Origin: an uncultured Solibacteraceae bacterium
Lineage (GTDB): Bacteria > Acidobacteriota > Holophagae > Holophagales > Holophagaceae
Direction of reading: 5' to 3'
Assembly (NCBI GenBank): GCA_964552855.1
Contig: CAZKIM010000003.1
Location: forward strand, 4,281-39,042
Length of the DNA: 34,762 bases
The notes beneath the pieces are model-generated. The model saw only the letters and a list, made by a program, of their open reading frames with translations, did not search any database and was not told the DNA's origin. Position 1 is the stretch's first letter, and the number at the start of each line of letters is the position of its first letter. This document shows positions 1-11,390 of the stretch, piece by piece. The position numbers and the translations under genes are program-made.

Positions 1-3511
<3,511 letters not shown>

Positions 3512-3512
<1 letters not shown>

Positions 3513-5389
3513 CAATCCTCCTCGCTGGGTTCGAGGTGGAAGGCGTCCGGCACGCGCCCGCCCGGCGGCGGCAGCGGGTGCTTCACGCGGTCCACGAACC
3601 AGTACTGGATGAGTTTCGCCGCGATGGGCGCCGCGGCTTCCGAACCGAAGCCGGCGTTCTCCACCACCACCGCGAAGGCGATCTGGGGGTTGTTGGTGGG
3701 CGCGTAACCGGCGAAGAGCGAGTTGTCCTTCAGATGCTTGGCGAGCTGCGCGTAGTGGGCCTTGTCCACGAAGGTGGTCACCTGGCTCGTGCCGGTCTTG
3801 CCGGAGAAGGGCACCTCTTTCGCCACCTGCCGCACGAAGGGATTGGTCGCGGCGGTGCCGCTCTCCACCACATGGGCCATGCCTTCGTGGAGCACGCCCC
3901 ACCAGTCGGGATTCGCCGTGTCCACCTGGCGGACCTGGGGCGGCGGCTCCGCGTCCCGCTGGCCCGTGGCCGGATTCTGGAAGCCGAAGAAGAGGTGCGG
4001 CGTGAACTCCTTGCCTTGGGTCGCGAGCAGCGCGTAGAACCGCGCGATGGCCATCGGCGTGAGCCCCACCGCGCCTTGGCCGATGCCGACGCTGATGGTC
4101 TCGCCCGCGTACCACTTCTCCTTCTTCACCCGTCGTTTCCATTCCCGGCTGGGCACGCGCGGCGCGCGCTCGCTGGGCAGGTCCACGCCCGTGGGCACGG
4201 TGAGTCCGTACTTCTCGGCGGTCTCGTAGATCTGGTCAATGTCGAGGCGCGAAGCCACTTCGTAGAAGTAGATGTCGCAGCTCTTCGCGATGGCGCCGAT
4301 GAGATCCAGGCTACCGTGGGAGGCGTCGCAGCGGAAATCGTGGCCATAGAAACTCTTGTGCCCGCCGCAGTAGAAGACCGTGTGGGGCGTGATCACATGG
4401 TGTTCGAGGCCCGCGAGCGCCATCAGCAGCTTCCAGGTGGAGCCCGGCGCGTAGATGCCTTGGGTGGCGCGGTTGAGCATGGGCCGCACGGGGTTGCGCA
4501 GGTAGCGGTCCACCATCTCCTGGCTGAGGCGGTCCAGGAAGAGGTTCGGATCGTAGCCGGGGCTGGAATACATCGCGAGCACGCCGCCATCGCGCAGGTC
4601 CAGCACCACCGCCGCGCCTTTCTCGTCGCCGAAGGCGTCCTTGGCGGTCTTCTGGAGCCCGGCGTCCAGCGTGAGGTAGAGGCTCTTGCCCGGCTTCGGA
4701 TCGGTGCGATCCAGGCTCGCCACTTCGCGCCCGAGCTGGTCCACGAGGACGCGCTTCTCGCCATCCACGCCCTTGAGCTTGGCGTTGCCGCTGTCCTCGT
4801 AGCCCGCGCGGCCGACGATTTCACCGAGCTGATAGCGCCCCGGATCCCTGGCCATCATCTGGTCGTCCACTTCGGACACATAGCCGAGCACATGGCCGGC
4901 GAGGTCGTCGCCGAGGTAGACGCGGCGGGGCGCCACCTGCACGCTGAGGAAGGGGTAGCGGGCGCGCACGCGTTCGGCGAGCGCGATGCCGCCCTCGTCC
5001 AGATTCTCCATGAGCACGAGGGGATGGCCTTTGGGCGCCTGGCGGAAGGCCCGCACCTTGCGCTGGATTTCCAGCGGGTCGAGGCCGAGGGCGGTGGCGA
5101 GGTCCGCCACCACCGTGGGGTCGGAAGGCAGATCCTCCCGCTGGATGACGAGGTGCAGCGCGCGGCGGTTGTCCGCCAGCGGATCGCCGTTGCGGTCGAA
5201 GATGATGCCCCGGGGCGCGGGGAGCGCGCGTTCCTTCACGGCCTGGCTGAGGGCCTGCTTCTCGAAGTCGCCGTGGCGGACGATCTGGAGCCAGCCGTAG
5301 AAGAGCGCGAGGAAGGCGAGCGCGAGCAGGAGCAGCGCCTGGACCACGCCGATGCGGCGGCTCAGGAGATGGCGGGAGCGGGCGTCCAT
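3512..5389 (-). CDS. mrdA: penicillin-binding protein 2 (elongasome transpeptidase)
   Basis: 625-aa ORF with an N-terminal TM anchor (VVQALLLLALAFLALFY). Transpeptidase motifs STWK (APGSTWKL), SCD (AKSCDIYFY) and KTG (SGKTGTSQ). Positioned between mreD and rodA. Confidence 0.93.
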
Positions 5390-5417
5390 CAGCGCGAGGT
5401 CGGAAAGGGAGGCGGCA

Positions 5418-5900
5418 TCAGCGCCCCCCGGGCCGCTGCCAGCGCCAGGTGAGCCAGCCCCAGAAGGGGAGGCCGAGCAGGACCCAGGCCCAAGTCCAAC
5501 CCCAAAGGTGCGGCCCCGCGGCGATCCGCACCGCGAGATGGACGAGGAGGATCCAGACGAGCGCCAGCGCGGCCTGGCGACCGAGCCAGCCCTTGAGCGA
5601 ATCCACCGGCCACTCCAGCATCAGCCAGCGCGCGGCCAGCGCGAGCGTCATGTCCGCCCAGGCCGTGCCGCCCAGGTGCGGATAGATGCGCAAGCTGCCT
5701 TCCAGCGCCCAGCCTCCCGCCGCCGCCCAGAGGGCGGTGAGCAGCGCGGACGCCGGATCCAGCGCGAAGCCGAGCACCAGCGCCGCGTGCAGCAGGCTCT
5801 GAGGACCCGACCATGGCGCGAGCAGCACGAGCCCCAGCACGCAAAGCGCGGCGGCGAAGGCCCGCTGGCCGGGGGGGCGGAGATGCAGGACGCGTTTCAT
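5418..5900 (-). CDS. mreD: rod shape-determining protein MreD
   Basis: Track ORF 5418..6281 trimmed to the ATG at 5900 (160 aa): MKRVLHLRPPGQRAFAAALCVLGLVLLAPW... Hydrophobic multi-TM protein. The ATG overlaps the mreC stop (ATGA). Classical mreBCD order. Confidence 0.8.
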   Translation of the reverse strand: MKRVLHLRPPGQRAFAAALCVLGLVLLAPWSGPQSLLHAALVLGFALDPASALLTALWAAAGGWALEGSLRIYPHLGGTAWADMTLALAARWLMLEWPVDSLKGWLGRQAALALVWILLVHLAVRIAAGPHLWGWTWAWVLLGLPFWGWLTWRWQRPGGR

Positions 5901-6772
5901 GGCGCGCCTCCCGGCTTGCTTGAAGGAACCAGCGGCGGCTGATCTTCGAGGGGCGACGCGGGCGGCAGGATCAGCACCGCGGGCAGCCGCCGCAGCGGCG
6001 CGGAGAGAGCCACCGTCACCTTCAGCTCCAGATCGCCGGGCTTGGCCTCCGTCACATAGCCCACGAGCAGGCCGCGTGGGAAGACGCGGTCCAGGCCGGA
6101 GGTGTAGACCGCTTCGCCGGGCTGCACCACCTCCTGGTTGTTGAGGTAGCGGATCACGCCCTGGTTGTAGCCCAGGCCCTGCAGGACGCCCGTGGCGCGG
6201 GAGCGGGCGAGCATGACGCCGATGGAGGCGTTGGGCGCGTCGGCGGAGAGCACTTCGCTCTGGGTCGCGCCCACGCTCCAAAGACGGCCCACCACGCCTT
6301 CGGGCGCGATGACGCCTTGATCCGGCTGGAAGCCGCGGTCCTTCCCGCCTTCCAGGATGAGTCCGCCGAAGGGCACGCCCACGGGCGCGAGCAGCACCCG
6401 CGCCGCCTCGGTGGGCAGCGGCACCTTCGCTTTCAAGCCGAGCGTCCGCGTGGCGGCTTCGCCGTCCACCAGGAGCGGCGCGTTCGTCATGCGCTCGGAT
6501 TCAAGGGCCTGGACCTGCTGGCGCAGCGAGGCGATCTCGCCTTGAGCCTGGGCCAGATCACCCGCGCGTTCGGCGCGGTGGAGCCGCCACCCGCGCCACG
6601 CGGCGGCCACGCTTTGCACGGGTCGCGCCGCGGCGGAGGTGAAACTCGCCCACGAGCCGCCCGCCTTCGGGCCGGAAAGCACCCACGCGCCATGGCCAAG
6701 CCAGAGCAGGATCAAGGCCCAGCGCCGCCGGCCCGTGGGCGACCAGCCCCAGGAGGAGGCGGGGCGCGCCAT
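5897..6772 (-). CDS. mreC: rod shape-determining protein MreC
   Basis: 291-aa ORF with an N-terminal anchor, a coiled-coil segment (AQAQGEIASLRQQVQALESE) and a beta-rich C-terminus (VYTSGLDRVFPRGLLVGYV). GGAGG Shine-Dalgarno 5 nt upstream of the ATG. Confidence 0.88.
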   Translation of the reverse strand: MARPASSWGWSPTGRRRWALILLWLGHGAWVLSGPKAGGSWASFTSAAARPVQSVAAAWRGWRLHRAERAGDLAQAQGEIASLRQQVQALESERMTNAPLLVDGEAATRTLGLKAKVPLPTEAARVLLAPVGVPFGGLILEGGKDRGFQPDQGVIAPEGVVGRLWSVGATQSEVLSADAPNASIGVMLARSRATGVLQGLGYNQGVIRYLNNQEVVQPGEAVYTSGLDRVFPRGLLVGYVTEAKPGDLELKVTVALSAPLRRLPAVLILPPASPLEDQPPLVPSSKPGGAP

Positions 6773-6849
6773 CTAGGCCTCCGGCATCCGGCTCCCGGCT
6801 ACCGGAGCCCGATACGGTGGCCGGGGGCCGGAAGCCGGGAGGCGCATCG

Positions 6850-7893
6850 CTAATCCAGGATCTGGATGCGGCGGAGGAAGGGGATGTTGTCCAGCAGCTG
6901 GGCGGTGCCGCGCACCACGGCCGTCTGCGGGTCCTCCGCGCGGTAGACGGGCAGGTGCGTCTCCTTGCGGATGCGCTCGTCCAGGCCCTGGATCAGGGAG
7001 CCGCCGCCGGTGAGGCAGATGCCCCGGTCAATGAGGTCCGCCGCCAGCTGGGGCGGGGTGTCGTTGAGCGCGCGGCGCACGAGGTCAATGATCGCGTTGA
7101 TGGGTTCGGCCAGCGCTTCGCGGATCTCCGCGTCGTGGAGCGTGAGCGTCTTCGGCAGGCCTTCGAACTGATCGCGGCCCGACACCTCCATCGTGCGCGT
7201 GTGCTCGTTGGGCCAGGCGCTGCCAAGGGTCCACTTCACCTCTTCGGCGGCGGCCTCGGAGATGAGCACATTGTATTTCTCGCGGATGTACTTGGAGATC
7301 GCCTCGTCCATCTCATCGCCGGCGATGAGGATGGAGTCGCTGAACACCTTGCCGTTGTAGCTGATGACCGCCACATCCGTCGTGCCGCCGCCGATGTCCA
7401 CGATCATGCAGCCGCGCTTCTCGTTGATGGCGAGCCCCGCGCCGATGGCGGCGACCATCGTCTGGTCCACGATGAACACTTCGCCGGCCTTGGCGTCGTA
7501 GCAGCACTGGCGCACCGCGCGGCGGGCGACCTGGTGCGCGCGGGGCGGCACGCTCACGACGATGCGCGTGCGCGCGAGGCCGCGGTTCGGACGGGCCTTG
7601 CCGATGAACGACGCGAGCATCTTCTCTGCGGCGTCCACCTCGAAGATCATGCCGTCCTTCATGGGTCGCACGGTCTTCACGCCCTGGGGCGAGCGGCCGA
7701 GCAGCTGCTTCGCCTCGTTGCCCACGGCCTCCACTTCGCCCGTCACGGTGTTGAGCGCGACGATGGAGGGCTCGTAGATGACGATGCGCCCCGCCTGCTT
7801 GGTATGCACCAGCGTGGAGGCGGTGCCCAGGTCAATGGCCAGATCCGTCGTGAAGAGGTTGGACCAGAACTGGCTTGAAAAGATGCTTGCCAC
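6850..7893 (-). CDS. mreB: actin-like rod shape-determining protein MreB
   Basis: 347-aa ORF with a GTG start at 7893 preceded by AGGAG. DLAIDLGTASTLV phosphate-1 motif, DIGGGTTDVAV, and LTGGGSLIQGLDERI. Confidence 0.95.
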   Translation of the reverse strand: MASIFSSQFWSNLFTTDLAIDLGTASTLVHTKQAGRIVIYEPSIVALNTVTGEVEAVGNEAKQLLGRSPQGVKTVRPMKDGMIFEVDAAEKMLASFIGKARPNRGLARTRIVVSVPPRAHQVARRAVRQCCYDAKAGEVFIVDQTMVAAIGAGLAINEKRGCMIVDIGGGTTDVAVISYNGKVFSDSILIAGDEMDEAISKYIREKYNVLISEAAAEEVKWTLGSAWPNEHTRTMEVSGRDQFEGLPKTLTLHDAEIREALAEPINAIIDLVRRALNDTPPQLAADLIDRGICLTGGGSLIQGLDERIRKETHLPVYRAEDPQTAVVRGTAQLLDNIPFLRRIQILD

Positions 7894-7939
7894 CGGGGAC
7901 TCCTGACGCGATTCGAGCGGACCTACTAGGGTGCCACAC

Positions 7940-8236
7940 CTACCTCGCCGCGGCGGCGAGCACTTCCTCGACGAAGAGGTTCGGGTCGAAGCGGGTGGGC
8001 AGCTCCTTGTGATAGCCCCGCACCCAGGCGCGGTCGTTCACCAGCACGAAGGGGATGGCCTGCTTGCCCGTCTCCCGCTCCAGCCGCTCGGCGGCGCCCT
8101 CCGCTTCCTCGATGTCCACCACGGGGAAGGTGAGCCCCTCCCGGTCCAGCCAGGCCTTCAGGCGCCGACAGTCGGAGCACCAGCCCGCGCTGTAGATCTG
8201 AAGGTCGAGCCCCGCGAGGTCCTTCGGCGTCGCCAT
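7940..8236 (-). CDS. glutaredoxin-family (NrdH/mycoredoxin-like) small thiol-disulfide oxidoreductase
   Basis: 98-aa ORF. CxxC active site in YSAGWCSDCRRLKAWL, followed by the thioredoxin-fold element IPFVLVND. Strong GGAGGA Shine-Dalgarno upstream of ATG 8236. Confidence 0.8.
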   Translation of the reverse strand: MATPKDLAGLDLQIYSAGWCSDCRRLKAWLDREGLTFPVVDIEEAEGAAERLERETGKQAIPFVLVNDRAWVRGYHKELPTRFDPNLFVEEVLAAAAR

Positions 8237-8285
8237 CCCATCCTCCTGCTGTCATTCTGGGGCATTCCCGTCTGAAGAGGACCCC

Positions 8286-8912
8286 ATGAAGCGCACCCTG
8301 ATCGCCGCCGGCGCCACCCTCGGAACCCTCGCCGTCCTGCTGGGCTGTGACCACGACGCGGCGACGCCCGCGGCCGACGCCAGCGCCGTCCTCGCCAATG
8401 TGAACGGCACCCGCATCACCCAGGCCATGCTGGAGGCGACGGTCCACGCCGGGATCCAGGATGCGGCCAAGGCTGAGACTTTCCTGAAGGATCCCGCGCT
8501 CCAGGGCCAGCGCGCCCAGCTCGTGCACCAGCTCGCCACCCAGGCCGCCATCGAGCAGCTCGCCGCCAAGGCCGGCATCGAGAACGACCCGTCGGTGCTG
8601 ATGAACCTGGCCCAGGCCCGGGCCAACATCTACGCCAGCGTCCTCGCCAGCCGCGCCGCCGGCAACGCCGACCCCTCCGAAGAGCAGATGAAGGCCTTCT
8701 ACGAGGAGCAGGTCGCCGCCCGCAAAGCTTCTGGCCAGGGGCAGGATCTTCCCGACTACGCCCACATGGACCCACGCGTGAAGGCGATGCTCCCCGAGCT
8801 CGTCCGCCGCGACCAGTTCCAGAAGGCCCAGGCCGCCTTCCAGCAGAGCCTGAAGACCCAAGTGCCCGTCACCTACGCCGAAGGGCTGCAGTCGCCCGAA
8901 GCGGAGTACTGA
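8286..8912 (+). CDS. lipoprotein with SurA-N-terminal-like chaperone region (no PPIase domain seen)
   Basis: 208-aa ORF. Signal peptide plus lipobox (LAVLLGC). ANVNGTRITQAMLE resembles the start of SurA_N-type domains. Helical and Ala/Gln-rich. Confidence 0.6.
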   Translation: MKRTLIAAGATLGTLAVLLGCDHDAATPAADASAVLANVNGTRITQAMLEATVHAGIQDAAKAETFLKDPALQGQRAQLVHQLATQAAIEQLAAKAGIENDPSVLMNLAQARANIYASVLASRAAGNADPSEEQMKAFYEEQVAARKASGQGQDLPDYAHMDPRVKAMLPELVRRDQFQKAQAAFQQSLKTQVPVTYAEGLQSPEAEY

Positions 8913-8961
8913 AGCACAGGCGTCAGGCGTCGGACCTCGCGGCAGGCGTCTAAAACACAAA

Positions 8962-8981
8962 GGGCCCCTTCGTTGGGGCCC
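8962..8981. terminator. GC-rich hairpin between convergent genes; likely intrinsic terminator for tRNA-Phe, possibly bidirectional
   Basis: GGGCCCC-ttcgtt-GGGGCCC, a perfect 7-bp stem. On the minus strand it is followed by TTTGTGTTTTA. On the plus strand it is followed only by ATTT. Confidence 0.6.
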
Positions 8982-8989
8982 ATTTGCCG

Positions 8990-9065
8990 TGGTGGCCAGA
9001 GAGGGAATCGAACCCCCGACACATGGATTTTCAGTCCATTGCTCTACCAACTGAGCTACCTGGCC
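8990..9065 (-). tRNA. tRNA-Phe (anticodon GAA), CCA encoded
   Basis: The reverse complement folds as a 76-nt cloverleaf: acceptor GGCCAGG/TCTGGCC, D arm GCTC-AGTTGGTA-GAGC, anticodon arm ATGGA-CTGAAAA-TCCAT (GAA), variable GTGTC, T arm GGGGG-TTCGATT-CCCTC, discriminator A plus CCA. Confidence 0.95.
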
Positions 9066-9074
9066 GGAACGACC

Positions 9075-9103
9075 AGCCTAGCACGGCGGGGGCGGTTTTC
9101 CAA
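9075..9103 (-). promoter_or_regulatory. candidate sigma70-type promoter for tRNA-Phe
   Basis: Minus strand reads TTGGAA (9103..9098), a 17-nt spacer, then TAGGCT (9080..9075). The -10 ends 9 nt before the mature tRNA 5' end. Sequence inspection only. Confidence 0.45.
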
Positions 9104-9153
9104 TGCGGGAGCGCCGGTTCCAGGGCATCCTTGAAGTTTCGCCGGAGCGGTCC

Positions 9154-9816
9154 ATGGGACGCGACAAGGTCATCAGCGTTCAGAAGAAGGCCCAGAGCCT
9201 TGAGCAGTTCCAGCGCCGCGCGGCGGGCGAGGGCTCCACGCTCCTGAAGTCCGTCGTCATCGGCGGCGTCGCCCTGGTGGTCGGCATCATCGCCTGGGGC
9301 GCGTGGACCCTGCACCGCTCCCGCACGGAAGGCGCGTTCGAGACCCAGATCGCCACGCTGCGCCTGGAAGTGGAGGGCGACGGCTCCACCCCGGTCCCGC
9401 CCGCGCAGCTCCAGGCCCGCATGCAGGCCGCCCTGCCTCGCCTGGAGGCGTTGGTGAAGGAAGCGCCGACCTCCCGCCGGGAACTCGCCGCGGGCCTGTT
9501 GGCCACCTGGAAGCTCGATCTGTCCGGCCAGGGCGGCGTGAGCGCGGATGCGAGCTCGCCCCTGGGGCGCCTGCGGGAGGCCCAGCGCCTCACCGCCCTG
9601 GGCCAGGGCAAGGACGCCAAGGCCATCCTCGATCCGCTTCGCGCCAAGGCCACGGCGGATGCGCCCTGGGGGCAGGCCTATTGGATCAGCCTCCTCGAAG
9701 TGGATCGCCTGAATGGCGATCGCGCCCAGGCCTACAAGGATCTGGGTGAGTTCCGCGCCCGCTTCAAGGATTCAGGGCAGGGCGCGCAGCTCGACAAGCT
9801 GGTCCAGAGCATCTGA
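9154..9816 (+). CDS. membrane-anchored helical (TPR/YfgM-like) protein, function unknown
   Basis: Track ORF 9103..9816 trimmed to ATG 9154, which has GGAG 7 nt upstream. 220 aa: MGRDKVISVQKK..., one TM helix (VVIGGVALVVGIIAWGAW), then an Ala/Leu-rich helical region. Confidence 0.6.
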   Translation: MGRDKVISVQKKAQSLEQFQRRAAGEGSTLLKSVVIGGVALVVGIIAWGAWTLHRSRTEGAFETQIATLRLEVEGDGSTPVPPAQLQARMQAALPRLEALVKEAPTSRRELAAGLLATWKLDLSGQGGVSADASSPLGRLREAQRLTALGQGKDAKAILDPLRAKATADAPWGQAYWISLLEVDRLNGDRAQAYKDLGEFRARFKDSGQGAQLDKLVQSI

Positions 9817-9835
9817 AGCCGCTACATTCCGCTTC

Positions 9836-11137
9836 ATGCGGATGTACGACCTGATCTATCGGAAGAAGACCGGCGGCGAGCTGGATGAAGGCCAGATCCG
9901 CGATTGGATCGCGGGCGTGACGGCCGGAACCGTGCCGTCCGAGCAGAGCGCGGCCCTGCTCATGGCCATCTGCTGGCGGGGCATGAGCACGGCGGAGACG
10001 CTGGCCTTGACGCTCGCCATGCGGGACAGCGGAGCGCGGCTGGATCTCTCCTTCGTTCCCGGCGTGAAGGTGGACAAGCACAGCACCGGCGGCGTGGGCG
10101 ACAAGACGACGCTCATCCTCGGCCCCATCGTGGCCGCGTGCGGCGTGCCTTGCGCCATGTTCAGCGGGCGCGGCCTCGGCCATACCGGCGGCACCGTGGA
10201 CAAGTTCAGCGCGATCCCGGGCCTCAGGGTGGAACTCACCGAAGCGGAATTCCTCCGCAGTCTGAAAGAGACAGGCTTCGCCAACAGCGCCCAGACCGCC
10301 GCCATCGCGCCTGCGGACCGCAAGCTCTACGCTCTGCGCGATGTGACGGCCACGGTGGAAAGCATTCCCCTCATCACCGCCAGCATCATGTCGAAAAAGC
10401 TCGCGGGCGGCGCGGAGGCGTTGGTGCTCGATGTGAAATGCGGTTCAGCGGCCTTCATGAAATCGAAGGACGAGGCTGAAGCCCTCGCCCGCAGCATGGT
10501 GGCGGTGGGCAAGGCCCACGGCATGAAGATCAAGGCGTTGCTCACCCGCATGGAGGAGCCGCTCGGCTGGGCCATCGGCAACGCGCTGGAGGTGATGGAG
10601 TCCGTGGAGATCCTGCGCGGCGAACACGGCGATTCCGCGCTCGCGAAGCTCAGCTTCCGCCTCGCGGCGGAGATGCTTGTCGCGGGCGGAGGCGCGTCGG
10701 ATCTGGCGGAAGCCGAAGCGCGCGTCACGGATGCGGTCGCGTCGGGCCGCGCGCTTGACACGCTGCGACGCTTCGTGGCGCTCAACGGCGGCGATGCGAA
10801 CGCGCTCGATGATTTCTCGCGTCTGCCCCAACCCGCGCGGATCGAAGTCATCCCAGCGGATCGTGATGGCTTCGTCACGGCGATGGATGGACGCGCCTTG
10901 GGCATCGCCGCCATGGAACTGGGGGCCGGGCGGAAGGACCTCGCCGACCCCCTGGACCTGGGGGTCGGCCTCCGGATCCACGCCCCTCTGGGTACCCCGG
11001 TGAAAAAAGGCGACCCCCTGGTGAGCGTCCATTCCGGGGCCCGGTCCGGCCCGGACAGAAAGACGCTTGTCTCGGCTTTTTCCTTGTCGCCTCAAGCCCC
11101 GCCGGAATACCCATGGCTAGAGGGCCAAATCGAGTGA
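9836..11137 (+). CDS. pyrimidine-nucleoside / thymidine phosphorylase
   Basis: Track ORF 9713..11137 trimmed to ATG 9836 (433 aa): MRMYDLIYRKKTGGELDEGQIRDWIAGVTAGTVPSEQSAALLMAICWRGM... VDKHSTGGVGDKTTL phosphate-binding motif and SGRGLGHTGGTVDK. Confidence 0.93.
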   Translation: MRMYDLIYRKKTGGELDEGQIRDWIAGVTAGTVPSEQSAALLMAICWRGMSTAETLALTLAMRDSGARLDLSFVPGVKVDKHSTGGVGDKTTLILGPIVAACGVPCAMFSGRGLGHTGGTVDKFSAIPGLRVELTEAEFLRSLKETGFANSAQTAAIAPADRKLYALRDVTATVESIPLITASIMSKKLAGGAEALVLDVKCGSAAFMKSKDEAEALARSMVAVGKAHGMKIKALLTRMEEPLGWAIGNALEVMESVEILRGEHGDSALAKLSFRLAAEMLVAGGGASDLAEAEARVTDAVASGRALDTLRRFVALNGGDANALDDFSRLPQPARIEVIPADRDGFVTAMDGRALGIAAMELGAGRKDLADPLDLGVGLRIHAPLGTPVKKGDPLVSVHSGARSGPDRKTLVSAFSLSPQAPPEYPWLEGQIE

Positions 11138-11390
11138 GCCGATTTCGAGGTTCGCCAAGTGGCACACGCCCCCGGGAGGTTCCCGGCCTGGAAACTTTTT
11201 TTGAAATTTCTGCTTGAGCTACCGTCACAGGCTTGTAAGAGTTGAGCGCTTCATCAGATCTTTCTCCATCCCCGAGCTTCACCCCGCCGCCGGTCATCTC
11301 CGCCCCTCCCTTGGGGGCACTCGCCGCGGCTTTCCCTTCGCCCTTCTTCCACTCCTGCGGGTGTTCCCGCAGCCTTCACGGAGTTCATGT

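Noticed and set aside
3536-5452. Very long ORFs antisense to recognisable genes: 3536..5452 + (638 aa), 11385..14267 - (960 aa), 17290..19185 + (631 aa), 30673..32283 - (536 aa), 28067..29428 + (453 aa), 32778..33854 - (358 aa), 898..2067 + and many shorter ones.
   Set aside because: This is a typical high-GC artefact, because stop codons are rare in antisense frames. The translations are Arg/Gly/Ala/Pro/His-rich with no motifs, and each lies opposite a gene with clear family signatures and proper GC3 bias.
7926-9050. 374-aa minus-strand ORF spanning the grx gene, the lipoprotein gene (antisense) and the tRNA.
   Set aside because: It runs through a textbook tRNA-Phe and a terminator hairpin. 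Its composition is Gly/Leu/Arg-rich and it has no motifs.
8990-9065. tRNA-Phe as an integration site for a genomic island.
   Set aside because: I found no integrase nearby and no second copy of the tRNA 3' half by eye within the window. The flanking genes look like core genes with native composition.
11158-11230. Possible sigma54 (TGGCAC at 11159-11164) or sigma70 (TTGAGC-16-TAAGAG) promoter, and a pdp terminator (CCGGGA-ggt-TCCCGG, then T7 nine nt later), in the AT-rich patch upstream of TBDR-1.
   Set aside because: There is no TTGC-like -12 box at the right spacing. The sigma70 hexamers are poor. The T-run is detached from the stem. The region probably contains the promoter, but I cannot place it from sequence.
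11351-11385. Anti-SD sequestration model for the TBDR-1 leader (ACTCC at 11351-11355 pairing with GGAGT at 11381-11385 around the inner hairpin).
   Set aside because: The complementary ACTCC is not conserved in the TBDR-2 or the 24572-gene leaders, and the outer helix would be just 4-5 bp across an asymmetric loop. I kept only the shared-motif observation.
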